A stretch of 64,000 nt of DNA from the sequence record NC_054935.2. One strand, written 5' to 3'. Positions 38,484 through 56,719 of this stretch are shown here, piece by piece; position 1 is the stretch's first letter, and each line of letters begins with the position of its first letter. The position numbers and the translations under genes were made by a program. The DNA is from Escherichia phage YUEEL01. Below the pieces are notes generated by a model, which saw nothing but the letters and a program-made list of their open reading frames with translations, was not told the origin of the DNA and did no database searches.

Positions 38484-40463
38484 TTAACCAGCAAGACCAG
38501 TTAACTCATCGAAATCTGCACCAGTAGCAGTTGCTACGAAGTTTAAGGTAATGTAGTTAATGCTTCTAGCCGGTTGGATGTAGAATGTTGCAACAAACTC
38601 ATTTCTATCAATTACTGACGGAGTGTTATTTGTTGTATCGCAAACTACACGATATTCATAAATTCCACCGAGAGCTTTAATTCCCTGTAAGTACTGGGCA
38701 GTTTCTGTGCGGAATGATGAACGAGTAAACGCGTTGTTTAATTCGAACAAACGATATTTTGAACTACGTCCGATATTCGTTTTCAACATATTAAACAGAC
38801 GACGAACGTTAATACGATCAAATGGAGAAGGAACAGAAGTAGCTGTTTTATCACCATACAATACGTAACCATCACCACCTGTACCAGTTACTGGGTTGAT
38901 AGCTTCTTGATATAAACGGTCGCGCTGAGCTTGGCGAGTTTCAATAGCAAGTTTAATAACGTTAAGAATCTGACCACGATTATAACCAGCTGGAGACATC
39001 CAAGTCTGAGAAACGTTATCAGTTCTCGCGCATAAACCAGCAATGTCAGCTGCTAATGGAACCCAACGATTTACATCATTATATTTGTCATACTGATATT
39101 TGTAGTTACCATCAATTGCTGCGTAGGTTGAACTAATATTAAAGTTATTATCAGTATATGAACCTGCCGCAGTTCTCCAGTTAACTAAATTATCTACTGC
39201 ACGAGTTACAGGAATTCCAACAACAGTTTCACGCGGTGGTGAGCACAATACTAAGCAATCTTGGCGAGCATCTCCAATTGAAACGACGTGTTTTTGGACA
39301 GTAGATGCTGTTTCTAAAGATTCACCGGCACAAGAACCCGCAATAAACAGTTGAACGTCAACAGATTCACGGTCAGCAAAGAAGTCCCAAGCTTCCATCA
39401 AATCTCCTGCTGTAACTTCAGCATTTGATGATAATCCACCAGAAAGAGTTAAAATTCCAGAGAATCCTTCTGGCCAGTTTTGTGCAGTTGCAAAAATATA
39501 TTCTGAACCACCTTTTGCGAAAAAGTCATCGATATAGATGTTACTATCGTAAATATCTTTTTCACCACGCTTAGTTGAAAGAACAACGCTTTGAACAATA
39601 GCATCATTTCGACGAACTATAATAGCGTACTGTGAGTCAGTCTGCGGCCCATATCCAAATACTGCCTTGGCAGTAGATGCACGAGTACCACCACCTGGAT
39701 AAATTGGCAGTAATGCAGAAGCGCCTTTCGCATAGTCAGCTTTAGATACGATTTCAATTTCAATTTTATCGCCTAATTCGCCTGGATAGAGAGCTACTAC
39801 TCCTGGAATTCCATATTTTTCAAGATTTGCCTGAAAATCAACTGCTGTCATAGCAGTTTCAGCGCTCTCGATTTCAGCTAATAAAATACCGGAATCAGTA
39901 ATAATTTTTCCAAGAGTTATTACTGCAGCTAAACCGGAAGAAGATGAAGAAATTTCTGCAGTCCAGTTAGAACCTAATGTTGGGTATTCGCCAACTTCTT
40001 TAGCTTTAGCAATAATTTTTGCAGTAGGAATATTAATTTTCTTAATTTTTCCATCAGCATCTACTTCGGTAATTTTACCTTCTGTTTCAACATCTTCTGA
40101 AACATATTTGACCGTGATTTTATCTCCAACCGCGTAGTTACTACCTGGGGTAGAAATTGTGTATTCAATATTACCAGCAATCGGAGATGAGTTTTTAGCG
40201 GTATCTCTATCGACAGCGCGCACAACTCGCAAATCATTTCCATATTGTAAGAAATTCATTGCAGACATAAAATAGTCAGCAGTTTCAGCTGTAGGTTGAC
40301 CAAAAGTATTAACTAAATCTACTTCGTTTGTAACCTGTTTAATCTGAAAAGCAGGACCCCACTGGAATTTACCGGCCAAAGCTGCTGTACCAGTAGAGTT
40401 ATTAACCACGGTGCTTTGAACCGTAGTTTCTTTGAGCTCAATGCCCGGAGATAATAAAGTCAT
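38484..40463 (-). CDS. 18: tail sheath protein gp18
   Basis: 659 aa, synteny and length as T4 gp18. Confidence 0.95.
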   Translation of the reverse strand: MTLLSPGIELKETTVQSTVVNNSTGTAALAGKFQWGPAFQIKQVTNEVDLVNTFGQPTAETADYFMSAMNFLQYGNDLRVVRAVDRDTAKNSSPIAGNIEYTISTPGSNYAVGDKITVKYVSEDVETEGKITEVDADGKIKKINIPTAKIIAKAKEVGEYPTLGSNWTAEISSSSSGLAAVITLGKIITDSGILLAEIESAETAMTAVDFQANLEKYGIPGVVALYPGELGDKIEIEIVSKADYAKGASALLPIYPGGGTRASTAKAVFGYGPQTDSQYAIIVRRNDAIVQSVVLSTKRGEKDIYDSNIYIDDFFAKGGSEYIFATAQNWPEGFSGILTLSGGLSSNAEVTAGDLMEAWDFFADRESVDVQLFIAGSCAGESLETASTVQKHVVSIGDARQDCLVLCSPPRETVVGIPVTRAVDNLVNWRTAAGSYTDNNFNISSTYAAIDGNYKYQYDKYNDVNRWVPLAADIAGLCARTDNVSQTWMSPAGYNRGQILNVIKLAIETRQAQRDRLYQEAINPVTGTGGDGYVLYGDKTATSVPSPFDRINVRRLFNMLKTNIGRSSKYRLFELNNAFTRSSFRTETAQYLQGIKALGGIYEYRVVCDTTNNTPSVIDRNEFVATFYIQPARSINYITLNFVATATGADFDELTGLAG

Positions 40464-40491
40464 TTTTAATCCTCTTTAATATGCTTTAATA

Positions 40492-43632
<3,141 letters not shown>

Positions 43633-43673
43633 GATTTCTCCTAATCTGGGCTTTAATTAGTTTATAATATTTA

Positions 43674-46184
<2,511 letters not shown>

Positions 46185-46196
46185 TTAAAATCCTTT

Positions 46197-46212
46197 GGGG
46201 CCCTGCGGCCCC
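46197..46212 (-). promoter_or_regulatory. hairpin in wac-13 intergenic region
   Basis: GGGGCC-CTGC-GGCCCC between wac stop and gp13 start. Confidence 0.45.
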
Positions 46213-46215
46213 ATG

Positions 46216-47673
46216 TTATGCTGGTGATAAAAAGGTAGAAAGTAGTACCCATTCGCCGTCTTTACGAACGTAAGCTTGGCCATCTTTTGGAGCTTCAGGA
46301 ATATAACCTGCTTCTTGTAGAGCTTGAACGCTGCTCTGTAAAGAGGATATATTGTCTTTAGCTGTATTTACTTCATGCGTGACTACCGCAATGTTAGTTT
46401 CATTCGTTTTTATAGAATTAGTTAATCCTCGTTCTTCAACAGTTGATCCGTCAGGATTATTTCCATTTATAAGTGAAGTAAGTTCAATAACTTGACCTTT
46501 AATTCCCGTTCTATTATTTCCTATTTCAACTTGTATATTTTGAACATTATTGTTTAAAACTGAAACTTCTCCTTCAAGCACTGAAACTTTATTTAATAGA
46601 GATCCAGAAGGAGACGGTTGTCCTCCGCTGGAGTCAGTTCCAACAATTTGATTTAACCACGAAACATTCGCTCTTAAACCAGACGAAGTGTTTTCACCAA
46701 CAATTCCGTTTAAAGACTCAATAGAAGTTGTGTGATTTTTAATTTTTCCTTTAATACTAGAAGGAATATCATCTGAACCTATAGAAGTTTCAATAGCCGT
46801 TAAGCGCTGTTTAACACCTTCACTCTGATTTAATTCATTATTAATAGATTCAATGCTACTTTTGTTATTATTAATTTCTGTTATTATAGAAACATTTTCT
46901 GGGTATCCAATAGAAGATTTAATTTCTGCTATATCAGAATTTATTAAAGTTTGTTTATCATCTATAGTGTTTAATCTATTATAAATATTTGGTCCAAAAT
47001 CTACTGGTTTATTACCAAGTTCATCGCGTAATTTACCAACTTCAACCGTCAATGATCCTACGTCAGATTCAGTAAATTTATTTTCTAATTCACTTAAACG
47101 AATGCCTTGTGAAGATAATAATGTACTATTTGTTATTATTCTATGTTTCATTCCTGTGCTAGCATTACCAACAACAGGAAGACCGTTAATGTCTTGGCCA
47201 GAATATTGCCCTAGTTCTTGTTTAATCCACAATAAATCATTTCTAATTGTTCTATAAACAGAGTTTTCTTCATCATTAAATGGACCTATATCAGCAATAA
47301 TTTTGTCAACTGTATTATTAGTTCCAGTTAATATATCAGTGTGTTCATTAGTAAGTGTCTTTAAATTTGATATGTCATTTTTATTAACACTGATCTGTGC
47401 TAGTGCTTCTATATCTCCTGATACATCTAAAACTCCTTGAATTGTTTTAATATCTTTCTGCGATGTTTCAATGGCAGTTTTAAGAATTCCCACATTTTCA
47501 TCAAGAACTTCGACATTTTTAAACACGGAAACAATAGGTCTATTCATTGATCCATCATTTCCATACTTAGTACTAGCTCCTAATATTTCTTCACCATTTT
47601 TAATCCATGAAATACGTTCCTGACCTTCATCAGGAACGCTATCAACAAAAGGTAAATCTTTTAATTCAATCAT
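46216..47673 (-). CDS. wac: fibritin (whisker antigen control)
   Basis: 485 aa, coiled-coil segmented protein; C-terminal foldon-like [27 protein letters not shown]. Confidence 0.9.
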   Translation of the reverse strand: MIELKDLPFVDSVPDEGQERISWIKNGEEILGASTKYGNDGSMNRPIVSVFKNVEVLDENVGILKTAIETSQKDIKTIQGVLDVSGDIEALAQISVNKNDISNLKTLTNEHTDILTGTNNTVDKIIADIGPFNDEENSVYRTIRNDLLWIKQELGQYSGQDINGLPVVGNASTGMKHRIITNSTLLSSQGIRLSELENKFTESDVGSLTVEVGKLRDELGNKPVDFGPNIYNRLNTIDDKQTLINSDIAEIKSSIGYPENVSIITEINNNKSSIESINNELNQSEGVKQRLTAIETSIGSDDIPSSIKGKIKNHTTSIESLNGIVGENTSSGLRANVSWLNQIVGTDSSGGQPSPSGSLLNKVSVLEGEVSVLNNNVQNIQVEIGNNRTGIKGQVIELTSLINGNNPDGSTVEERGLTNSIKTNETNIAVVTHEVNTAKDNISSLQSSVQALQEAGYIPEAPKDGQAYVRKDGEWVLLSTFLSPA

Positions 47674-47682
47674 TTGTAATCC

Positions 47683-49233
47683 TTAGTAATGAACTTTAAT
47701 AATATAGTTTAATGATATATTCCATGGTCTAGTTTCATAACCAATTAATCCTTCACGATTAAGTGTACCAAGGGCATCTCTCGGTCCGCCTAATTCAAAT
47801 CCATCATTAGTGAAGTATGAAGCATTATCCCAGTCGGCATATTTTCTAGTTCCAAGATATCCTTGATAAACAGACGCGCCAAATGGGCCTTCACTTCTGT
47901 TATATTCCCCCCAACCACCGGCGTGTTTATGGTATGACATTTGTTGTGCTTGAACACCACCAACATGCATTCCGTCACATCCTACGCCAAGTCTATCCTT
48001 TCCATAACCATCTTGTCCTCGTTGATTTAAAATATGACCGCCTGTGCCAGCTCCTCTGACGAAAAGACCCCGCATATCAGGAACGCCAGGATTATTCCAA
48101 TCGCCACCAAATCTTGTTCCAACTACGTTTCTATAATCAGGAAATTGGTCACCTGACACGGTTCCACCATGACACATAATCCAACCTGGAGGTGCTGAAT
48201 CACCCGCAAACATCATAATAGTTCCAACCGGAACTCGTTCGGACGCATATCTTTCAGTGGCAACAGGTTGATCGCCATTTTTCCACATTCCACCGCGTGA
48301 CCAAATTCCATTTGCTGTAAGATGGTCTAAATTTAAAGAACCATTAATAGTTTGTCCACCACGAGTATTAATTACATCTGCGTTCCATGCTAATGCTCCA
48401 GAGCTATCACCTTCAGGGGCAATACCGGCTTGCGTCGTTAATTTAACTACTCCACGCATAGAACCGGTAGCTCCTCGACCATTTAGTGTTTCACCTGTTA
48501 CTGCAACACCACCCAAATTATTATTAATTTCAGTCTGCGTTCCTAGGCGTATAACACCCTTATATTCATGTGTTGCAACAGAATTCATAAAGGTATACGG
48601 GGAAATTGCATATCCTTCGCGGAGAGTTCCTTGACGAATTTGTGCAACAGTAGATAATTGAACTACTCCTCTCACCGATTCTGTTGCAGTGTCTTCTGAA
48701 GGAGCTATTTGCGAAATTAATTTTATTGCAAGTTTTTGGGTTTTTAGCGGAGTCATCGCAGTAGTATCATCAACTCCAGCCAAAGCTGCAGGTGTAGATG
48801 ATATTTTAATAACCCCGTTTGATGACTCAGACGAATATCTATTTTTGAACACATCGTCAGTGTGGTATTTCAGTTTTTGTGGTGTTATTGATGAATTATT
48901 ATCTGAGCCTTTTAATGTTTCTTCATTTGTTGAATAACGCGTTAAACCATATTTAGTTTCAGTAGCATTTGGATACAATAATCTTGTTGCTAATGTAGCT
49001 GGTGTAACGATTTTAGAATTATTAGTTCCATCTAAAACCTCTTGCTCTGACGCAATCATTGCTATTCCTTTAACTTCCATAGTTGCATCAGGAATACCAT
49101 TTACGCCGATATTACTTATTTTTGATAATGCAGACTGTACTGTCGTAACAGTGCCAGGAAAATTCGATCCAGTAGGATCGAATTTAACATATTTTGATTC
49201 ATTTGATACGTGCTGATATGTATTGTTACTCAT
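47683..49233 (-). CDS. 12: short tail fibre gp12
   Basis: 516 aa [27 protein letters not shown]... matches T4 gp12 N-terminus. Confidence 0.9.
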   Translation of the reverse strand: MSNNTYQHVSNESKYVKFDPTGSNFPGTVTTVQSALSKISNIGVNGIPDATMEVKGIAMIASEQEVLDGTNNSKIVTPATLATRLLYPNATETKYGLTRYSTNEETLKGSDNNSSITPQKLKYHTDDVFKNRYSSESSNGVIKISSTPAALAGVDDTTAMTPLKTQKLAIKLISQIAPSEDTATESVRGVVQLSTVAQIRQGTLREGYAISPYTFMNSVATHEYKGVIRLGTQTEINNNLGGVAVTGETLNGRGATGSMRGVVKLTTQAGIAPEGDSSGALAWNADVINTRGGQTINGSLNLDHLTANGIWSRGGMWKNGDQPVATERYASERVPVGTIMMFAGDSAPPGWIMCHGGTVSGDQFPDYRNVVGTRFGGDWNNPGVPDMRGLFVRGAGTGGHILNQRGQDGYGKDRLGVGCDGMHVGGVQAQQMSYHKHAGGWGEYNRSEGPFGASVYQGYLGTRKYADWDNASYFTNDGFELGGPRDALGTLNREGLIGYETRPWNISLNYIIKVHY

Positions 49234-49889
49234 GCTACTCTCTCAAAATAATAAAATACTGTAGGTTGTGTGTGACTATCTAGCGTAACAGTTTGCGCAC
49301 CTAATAATTGCCAAGTTCCATACCCAGGTTTAGAAGGAGAAATTATTTCCTGTTTGAAAGTAATTCCTTTATCAGAGTATTGTTCTAAGATATGTTCTTG
49401 GTTATCTAAATACTTAACTTGTATTTTATTTCCTATGGTAGGATGGTCTTCAAATGAATCAATTGCAATAAATTTTACAACCATTTCCTGTAGAGCTATT
49501 CTAACGGCACTAGTAAATTCAACTGAAGTCATTCCATTAGTAGCTTTAACTGGAATACCAAACATGTTAACAATAACTGGGTCACCTGATTTGACTGAAG
49601 TATCAGTAACAGTTCCTTCAAATGACCAATAGTCGGTTTGTTGCACGCCAGTAGGAGATACGCCGCTTATATTAACTAATACAGCTCCAACCGGTTGCTC
49701 TGCCATATTTCTAACGTCATTGATAGCAGATTCTACATTTGAATCATAAAAACCTTTTGATATTTGTGAAATTGTTACAGCGCCTACTGGCTGATTATTC
49801 ATAATCGAAATATCATTTTTCTTAGTTCTAAAACCAAGAAAATCCGCTAAGCGGGAAATAACTCCCGCTTTATTATTAAGTAAACTCAT
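49230..49889 (-). CDS. 11: baseplate wedge protein gp11
   Basis: Track start is TTG at 49907; ATG at 49889 (TAATG overlap with gene 10 stop) gives 219 aa, the T4 gp11 length. Confidence 0.88.
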   Translation of the reverse strand: MSLLNNKAGVISRLADFLGFRTKKNDISIMNNQPVGAVTISQISKGFYDSNVESAINDVRNMAEQPVGAVLVNISGVSPTGVQQTDYWSFEGTVTDTSVKSGDPVIVNMFGIPVKATNGMTSVEFTSAVRIALQEMVVKFIAIDSFEDHPTIGNKIQVKYLDNQEHILEQYSDKGITFKQEIISPSKPGYGTWQLLGAQTVTLDSHTQPTVFYYFERVA

Positions 49890-51694
49890 TATGCAATCCT
49901 TATCCAACGGTATACAGTAATAGACGGTTGAATATTACTAATATTAGTAGGAGGAGTATGTGAAGAGTTTGTTGTTGCATAGTCTTCACGATATTTTGTA
50001 TATATAGGACCAGTTTCATCTGGGTCATATTGACAACCTCCAATAATAACTGATCCATTTTCATCTTCAATTAAAACTCTTTCGTCAGTTTTAGTCGCAG
50101 GAAGATTTGCATTTTCAAGCGTTACTGACGTTGTTCCAACTGTTCCACCGGCAGTGTGTGAAGGATTTCCGCTAGAATCTAAATCATTATTGTTTAATGC
50201 AAAGTTTGGATCTGTAACATCATCATTCCATCCTACTAAAACTTGTCCTTTACCAAATAATTTCCACGAACCAAACCCCATATAAGTCACCGGATTATTT
50301 GGGTTTATAGCATTTTCATAAATTGAACCTACAGGATAAATGCTATCGAAAATAGATGATATTGAATTATACGTTCTAGTATAAGAATCAACTTTTTCAA
50401 CATTTGGCCAACCGATTTTATCAAAATCTGTTAAGGCTACATCCCCAGTAACTTCAGTAGATGATCCTTTACTAACATAACGGTCATCAGTTAATTCAAT
50501 AATGTCATCTTTTTCTAAAAGAGTTCCTAAATCATTATTAAACCATGTTATAACGATTATATCACCTGATTCAAATTTTCTATCAAATAAAAGACTGACA
50601 GGTTTTCCATCTTCATATTCTATAGAATAATCTGTGTTAGATTCTTTCCATTCACCACCAAGAGATATACATCCTGCTTGCGTATCTGAGTTAGCACCTT
50701 CACACAAAAACAGAGGATATCCTGCTGTTCCAGCTTGTTGTTGTAAAATTCCATTAAAACGAACTTCAAGAGAATTAGGATTAATAGGTTCTCCAGGAAT
50801 TAATCCAAATGCAGAGAATGGAATTGATTTCATTGTTGATAAATCAGTAACGTAAATACTTCCTTCTAAAGAAGTTTTTGACGTTAATTTTGAATCTAAT
50901 ACTTTTATTTGGCGTCTTGTATATGAACTTCTCCATTGTGATATACCATCCATAAATGTTTCAATTTGAACAGTGTCACCAATATTACAAGGCTGTCTTA
51001 ACCTAATATTAAATCCATCAAGAGGAATCAATTCTCCTTCATTTTCCCCAGGAGAGCCAAAGTCACTGTTTTCACTAAATACATCGCCGTAATATAATTC
51101 ATTACCACGGTGTTTTACTCGGATGTTATTAACATTATAGCTAGTTCCGCGGAAAACATCTAAAAAGTCTGTTTGTCCTTGAACTTCGACTAAAAATTCT
51201 TTACGTGCTACATTACTAATATCTGAACTAATAATTTTGTCAATTTGTTTGTTTTTGACATATTCCCAACGTCCTGGAGCACAATAAACGAGCTCTAAAT
51301 CACTAAATTGAATATTAATTTCAACTGACGATGACGACCCTTTAATTGTATCCCCAGAAGCAGCTACTAAAGTAACTGGATTAATGTTCCATGTTGCAAA
51401 TACATCCCTAGCTCTAATTACTTTATTATAATCATTAACAGTTCCTTTAGGAAGTTGTAAAGTTACTCTTCCAGAAGAGGTATTAATAGCGTATGATTTT
51501 CCCCACTTAGCTTTTAATGTTTGACCGGATGAAGCATTATAAGTTTTCCAGGCACCGGCTGAATATGGAACATCTCCATCGCCAAGTTCATAATAAAGTT
51601 CATCAAAGTTTTCATTTATTTTTATACCACCTTTACGCAGGTAGTCACCGGTACCATCATCAACAACATTACCGATATTAATATTTTGTTTCAT
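49889..51694 (-). CDS. 10: baseplate wedge protein gp10
   Basis: 601 aa, synteny. Confidence 0.9.
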   Translation of the reverse strand: MKQNINIGNVVDDGTGDYLRKGGIKINENFDELYYELGDGDVPYSAGAWKTYNASSGQTLKAKWGKSYAINTSSGRVTLQLPKGTVNDYNKVIRARDVFATWNINPVTLVAASGDTIKGSSSSVEINIQFSDLELVYCAPGRWEYVKNKQIDKIISSDISNVARKEFLVEVQGQTDFLDVFRGTSYNVNNIRVKHRGNELYYGDVFSENSDFGSPGENEGELIPLDGFNIRLRQPCNIGDTVQIETFMDGISQWRSSYTRRQIKVLDSKLTSKTSLEGSIYVTDLSTMKSIPFSAFGLIPGEPINPNSLEVRFNGILQQQAGTAGYPLFLCEGANSDTQAGCISLGGEWKESNTDYSIEYEDGKPVSLLFDRKFESGDIIVITWFNNDLGTLLEKDDIIELTDDRYVSKGSSTEVTGDVALTDFDKIGWPNVEKVDSYTRTYNSISSIFDSIYPVGSIYENAINPNNPVTYMGFGSWKLFGKGQVLVGWNDDVTDPNFALNNNDLDSSGNPSHTAGGTVGTTSVTLENANLPATKTDERVLIEDENGSVIIGGCQYDPDETGPIYTKYREDYATTNSSHTPPTNISNIQPSITVYRWIRIA

Positions 51695-52560
51695 TATTGA
51701 GCCACCCCGATTTTCTGCGTAGCGATAACTTTAACTGCTGCTCTCATACCGACAGTTGAAGAACTTATAGTTGCCGTTACATAATTTTCTTTAATACTAA
51801 ATGCAATATTAGCGATTTCGTCTTCTTCTGTTTCATTTCCAACCCGCATGACAGCATATTCAGAAGAAATGACCGCTGAATTAACAGTATCTACAAGAAT
51901 ATTTATTTCTGCCGTTTTAATTTTTCTTCCATCTACTGATTGGCATGTAACTAACAATTTAGCCATGTTATATTCAGTACGATGAAACAATGGAATGTCA
52001 ACTGACCCAGATGTAGAAATATTCCATGTACCTTCGGCCGGTGATTCCTTTTGACCAAACATACTTTCAATAGAATAATTCCAAACCGACGTAGAATTAT
52101 CAGATGAAATACAACGTAAAGTAACTTTACTATATGGACTAGTTACTACTAAATTACCTGAAACGCCTTTAATTGAATCAATAGCCTGAATCGTTAAAGG
52201 ATTAGTAACTGATATTGATCCATTAGAGTTAATGAATTCAACACAATCGCCAAGTTCTCCTCTTTCAATAATAACTTTAACACCTACAGTAGAGGTATCA
52301 ATATCATGTCTAGTGCCAACTTTCACTGGAGTTGCGTACTCCGCGATAGAGTGCTTTTGATAATATCCAGTAGCATGGATAATTTGACCATCTGCTCCAG
52401 TGCCATTTGCTACTGCCATTTTACGCTGATCGCCAAACGCATTATAAATTGCGTTAAAATCACTATTAATTTTATTACCACCGTCGAATAAGATATCACC
52501 AGTAGAAGCGTTACCAATTTCGCCGGTATCAATCAATTTCTTTGGTTCTTGAATGAACAT
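51694..52560 (-). CDS. 9: baseplate wedge / long-tail-fibre socket protein gp9
   Basis: 288 aa, synteny; late promoter upstream. Confidence 0.9.
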   Translation of the reverse strand: MFIQEPKKLIDTGEIGNASTGDILFDGGNKINSDFNAIYNAFGDQRKMAVANGTGADGQIIHATGYYQKHSIAEYATPVKVGTRHDIDTSTVGVKVIIERGELGDCVEFINSNGSISVTNPLTIQAIDSIKGVSGNLVVTSPYSKVTLRCISSDNSTSVWNYSIESMFGQKESPAEGTWNISTSGSVDIPLFHRTEYNMAKLLVTCQSVDGRKIKTAEINILVDTVNSAVISSEYAVMRVGNETEEDEIANIAFSIKENYVTATISSSTVGMRAAVKVIATQKIGVAQ

Positions 52561-52584
52561 AGCGGTTTCCTTATGAGTTTATAG

Positions 52585-52592
52585 TATTTATA
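52585..52592 (-). promoter_or_regulatory. late promoter TATAAATA for gene 9
   Basis: Reverse-complement TATAAATA 25 nt upstream of gp9 ATG. Confidence 0.65.
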
Positions 52593-52595
52593 AAG

Positions 52596-52620
52596 AAAAA
52601 GGGAGCCCATGGGCTCCCTT
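52596..52620 (-). terminator. terminator-like hairpin downstream of gene 8
   Basis: Palindrome GGGAGCCCATGGGCTCCC; on minus strand followed by TTTTTCTTTA; immediately upstream of gene 9 late promoter. Confidence 0.6.
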
Positions 52621-52623
52621 AAT

Positions 52624-53628
52624 TTAAAATGTAAACAGAATATTGATTTCTTCTGTCTGATCCATTGCCATGATAATAGGTGGCCTATTTTCCATATAAA
52701 TCATTTCGCCCGAATGCCTCATTAAATCTTCTGGATCATAATAATCCTTTTCAGCTTTAACATTTGGGTCATTTGGATGAGCTTTAGCTTCAAGAGGATT
52801 TGTGATTATTGATATTTGTCTAAATCCTTTATTTCCTGGCAATGCAGCATCAGGAAAGTAAACTGAATCTAAATATGCTTTAAAACGGATAGTATTTGCC
52901 TTAACCCGGTAAATTAATCCAAAATCATCTTGTTGCCAAGTGAGATTATCTTCATACCCCCATCTAGTTGGGTCTTCTTTTAATTCCTCAGGCCAAGGAA
53001 CTACGATATATTCATTTGTGCATCTATTTATAGATACATCGGGCGGAATCTCAAAAAGATATTCCCAAACATATCCGTCTCCAGGTTCGATTGTTCCTTC
53101 CGCATCTCCTCGACCTTCAGGAGGAGTCATTGACCTAACAGAAGGAGTCCATTTTCCGCCTAATTTGAGGCATTCATCCTTATTAGTTAAAGATGCTATT
53201 GAACACATTCCGGTATCAGGAACATCTAAACAACGATATACTAACCAGCCTGCGCCTGATTCAGTAGCGTTGTAAGGAGCTGAGTTACACACTACAATAT
53301 CGTTAATTCTAAATGTGTATGGATCCGGATATCTAGTATCTCCCCAATCTCTGCGAGGAATAACAGCATCAAGCATTGATGGAAGAACTTTTACTGTTCC
53401 CATCATATGCGTCCACATGTCAGTTACGCCTAATACAGAATCGGTTGGATAAGGTGGGGCAAAGCCCACCTCATTTTCATTTGATGACCACGGTTCTGAT
53501 CTTCCAAATGTGATAAAGATAGTGTTTTTATCCGGACCACTTCCAATTGAATTATAAAAATTCAGCATTTTTTCTGTTCTAAATTTTGAAGTAACTATCG
53601 CACGATAGATAACACTTGAATCATTCAT
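52624..53628 (-). CDS. 8: baseplate wedge protein gp8
   Basis: 334 aa, synteny. Confidence 0.9.
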   Translation of the reverse strand: MNDSSVIYRAIVTSKFRTEKMLNFYNSIGSGPDKNTIFITFGRSEPWSSNENEVGFAPPYPTDSVLGVTDMWTHMMGTVKVLPSMLDAVIPRRDWGDTRYPDPYTFRINDIVVCNSAPYNATESGAGWLVYRCLDVPDTGMCSIASLTNKDECLKLGGKWTPSVRSMTPPEGRGDAEGTIEPGDGYVWEYLFEIPPDVSINRCTNEYIVVPWPEELKEDPTRWGYEDNLTWQQDDFGLIYRVKANTIRFKAYLDSVYFPDAALPGNKGFRQISIITNPLEAKAHPNDPNVKAEKDYYDPEDLMRHSGEMIYMENRPPIIMAMDQTEEINILFTF

Positions 53629-56600
53629 CTATTTTAACCTGTGTTGGATTTTCAGGGTCTCTTGGATTTCCTATATTATCTTTTAGACGTTTATTAACTA
53701 AATCCCTAAATTGCGCAAATGTTGTTCCAGAAGCATCAAATAGGGGACTCATTAATTTACGTCGTTCAGACGGCAATTGACCTTGAAATATTGAATTATT
53801 ATTTTCAGCATTATAGTCATCAGGAAGAGGATATTCTACACCAGCCATTGGGCCAGGCTCATAAATTGCTTCGCCTGTTACTGAATCATACTCAATTTCA
53901 CCGGTTGGAGTTAATTTAGCTACTCTATCAGCATATTCAGTAGGCAATCCAGAATCCCATTTATAGTTTTTGTATTTATTAATTATAGTCTCTGTATGTT
54001 TAAGAGTTAAACCAACATTAATAAACATCGTTAAAAGGGTAATTGCTATAAATCCAAATCCTACTGGATGAACAAAACGAATAACGTCAGATTTCCAGCG
54101 GGAAGAAGGTAAATTGGATTTAATTTTCATTACATAGTATGATCTACTTCTATTAATATAGTCTATATTGTTTTGAAGCAAATCCTTTCCTTTAACTCCA
54201 CGAATAATTTCGCCTTCAAAACTAGGGAGTCTTTCTGCTTTAACTTCTTGACCAGCAATTAATCTTCCCAAAAGATTATGAATAGTTACGGTCCATTGCA
54301 ATTTACCATTAGAATAACTTCTTTCTATATAAGTAACATTACATCTTCCTGTGGCTGTATAAATCGTTTGTCCTACTAAATCTTCAGTCAAAGAATCAGA
54401 TTGAACGATTATGTCATATTCAGTACCAGCCCCAGATTCAATTTCAATTTCAACTTCTTCATTATAAAGAACTTTAAAAAGAAATTTGTATGATGCTTCA
54501 ATTCCTTTAGTAGAATAAAAATCATAACTACGTGATTCAAAAAATCTTGCAACAGCATCACGTTTGTCAGCATTTAAATAAATGTTTCTTTTATATATCT
54601 CTGACCACAAATATTCCCACGCATGCTCTTCTCGTGGATACTGATTACGAATTAAATTTCGTAAATTATTATACTGAGTTCCGTATCCGTCAGAAAGATA
54701 TTGAATATATGCTTCACAAAATGCCTCAAAATTCGAATCCTGCAACAAATAAGAATCAGGCATCATTGTGCCAATTAATGGTCTTAAATCAGGGTCAGCT
54801 AATCCATGCTCTTCTTCTGGCGACCAAGGAGTCTCATGCTCTTGGTTTTGTAAAAATGCTTTTAAAAATACTCCAGTCGGCTTCCAAATAATTTCTACTG
54901 TATCTCTCACACGATAGTTAAAATCATAATAAGAAATTATTTCACCAGAAGATTTATAAAAAAGCATCCCAGACGCATATTTTTTAAATCCCGTGAATTT
55001 AACATTTGGCATTACTATCGTACAATCACCATCATCCCAGTATTCATGAACTAATCTATCTGGTGATGTTTCCGGAATATTTTCTATAACTTTAGTGTAT
55101 TTTAAATCAGCATAAACTACTACAGCTCTATTAGAGTTGTTTATCCAGCACCGTGTATTAGACTTTTTAGACCAGTTAAAGAATGGTTCTGCATAGTATT
55201 TCATTGGCTGAGGCGTAAAAGTTTCCCAATCAGACTTTTCATCTGCTATAAATGCCATCATATGATAATGCTTATCAGCTAACCATTCACGAGGAAATTC
55301 ATATTTAACGGCACCGATTAACTGATATTTTGCTACAGTTTCAGGGTCATTAACAACGTTATCATTTAAAAATTTAAAATTACTCGAAGATAGAGAAACT
55401 AATTTACCATCAGTTGACATATTCGCATACCCAGGTTGAATACGTCTTCTTTCTTCTTCAGTGTTGCCAAAAACTCTTTTCCACGTTTTTGTGTCATGAT
55501 TTAAAACATATATTCCTTTATCAGTAGAATCAATTATTTTTGACGTTCTAGGATTAGCATTTAATGTTTCAACTTCACCGATAATAAGAGCAAAAACTTT
55601 ATCACCAATAGAATCCATTTTATAGCATACTGCTTTAGGATTTCCAGTTATAGTCATTGTATCAGGTTCAAATAGCCTTTCCGAATATGTTGGAGATAAT
55701 GGATCAGAATCTATAGGTGCATTGCTCGTTTTTATATATCTAACTTTATCTCTGGCAACAACATAGATATAATCATCCGTACAAGTAATGGCTTCAGCTA
55801 TACGATATACATTCGCTGGTAAAGTCGCATAAGTACCAAAGATTTCTACATCAAATCCTAAATGTAACTGGTCGCCAAGTTTAGCAAATGTTATATCCTG
55901 CGAACTGAATCTGACATCATCTGCTGACCATCTAACGTCAGTCGATTTACGGCCATAGAAAATCTTGTCGTATCCTAGAACGTATGTTGTGTTCGCAGAT
56001 TGGTAATATACTGTCTTAGATAAAGGATATCCTACACGGTCATTGAAGAGCTTTACGGCTTTCCAGGTTTGTCCTTTATCATTGGATACTTTAACTACAG
56101 GTTGATAGCGCTCAAAAAGATATAGAATTCCTTCTGATTCCATCAAATAAACTCGGTTAATATCCTTACATACTTGCTGAATAGAACCTTGTATTTCATG
56201 ATACTCATTTTCACCAATAATAAAATTACTTATTGATGAAACATCAACATACGATGGGCTGAATTGAAATGATTCATTCATCAATGCAGCCATTATAGTG
56301 TCATTGTTAAAATTAACATAATCAGAATTATTAAGAGTAAATTTTTCCTGAATGAATTTATTGGCTAATTGTATTTCAATCATGTTTTGAAATGTATAAG
56401 CATTTGTAGCAAAAGTTTCAAACTCTTCGGTATAAATCCAATCAGACTGCTCAAAATCTTGCGCAGCTGTAGCTACTCTGATAATGTATGATGTCAATGG
56501 GTCAGCATCATCAAAAAAGAAGCTGTTATTTGCAGTATATCCTAAGTTAATCCATCTGTATTGATTACTCGGGAGATTTTCCCCCGAGTTCGTTTTTGTC

Positions 56601-56719
56601 TCAGCGATTTCTACAAAATAGTAGAAATTAGCACCAACGTCATCCCAGCGTACTTGCACCTGATTTGCGGATAACTTGGAAATTCTGAGACTAGTGACTG
56701 AAGGTGCTTTTACTGTCAT
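53621..56719 (-). CDS. 7: baseplate wedge protein gp7
   Basis: 1032 aa, synteny and length as T4 gp7. Confidence 0.92.
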   Translation of the reverse strand: MTVKAPSVTSLRISKLSANQVQVRWDDVGANFYYFVEIAETKTNSGENLPSNQYRWINLGYTANNSFFFDDADPLTSYIIRVATAAQDFEQSDWIYTEEFETFATNAYTFQNMIEIQLANKFIQEKFTLNNSDYVNFNNDTIMAALMNESFQFSPSYVDVSSISNFIIGENEYHEIQGSIQQVCKDINRVYLMESEGILYLFERYQPVVKVSNDKGQTWKAVKLFNDRVGYPLSKTVYYQSANTTYVLGYDKIFYGRKSTDVRWSADDVRFSSQDITFAKLGDQLHLGFDVEIFGTYATLPANVYRIAEAITCTDDYIYVVARDKVRYIKTSNAPIDSDPLSPTYSERLFEPDTMTITGNPKAVCYKMDSIGDKVFALIIGEVETLNANPRTSKIIDSTDKGIYVLNHDTKTWKRVFGNTEEERRRIQPGYANMSTDGKLVSLSSSNFKFLNDNVVNDPETVAKYQLIGAVKYEFPREWLADKHYHMMAFIADEKSDWETFTPQPMKYYAEPFFNWSKKSNTRCWINNSNRAVVVYADLKYTKVIENIPETSPDRLVHEYWDDGDCTIVMPNVKFTGFKKYASGMLFYKSSGEIISYYDFNYRVRDTVEIIWKPTGVFLKAFLQNQEHETPWSPEEEHGLADPDLRPLIGTMMPDSYLLQDSNFEAFCEAYIQYLSDGYGTQYNNLRNLIRNQYPREEHAWEYLWSEIYKRNIYLNADKRDAVARFFESRSYDFYSTKGIEASYKFLFKVLYNEEVEIEIESGAGTEYDIIVQSDSLTEDLVGQTIYTATGRCNVTYIERSYSNGKLQWTVTIHNLLGRLIAGQEVKAERLPSFEGEIIRGVKGKDLLQNNIDYINRSRSYYVMKIKSNLPSSRWKSDVIRFVHPVGFGFIAITLLTMFINVGLTLKHTETIINKYKNYKWDSGLPTEYADRVAKLTPTGEIEYDSVTGEAIYEPGPMAGVEYPLPDDYNAENNNSIFQGQLPSERRKLMSPLFDASGTTFAQFRDLVNKRLKDNIGNPRDPENPTQVKIDE

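Noticed and set aside
48689-49632. Several 60-110 aa plus-strand ORFs inside genes 12, 11, 8, 7, 6 and 5 (for example 48689..48937, 49354..49632, 52940..53275, 54532..54891, 58773..58991)
   Set aside because: All antisense to long, confidently assigned structural genes in an uninterrupted late operon
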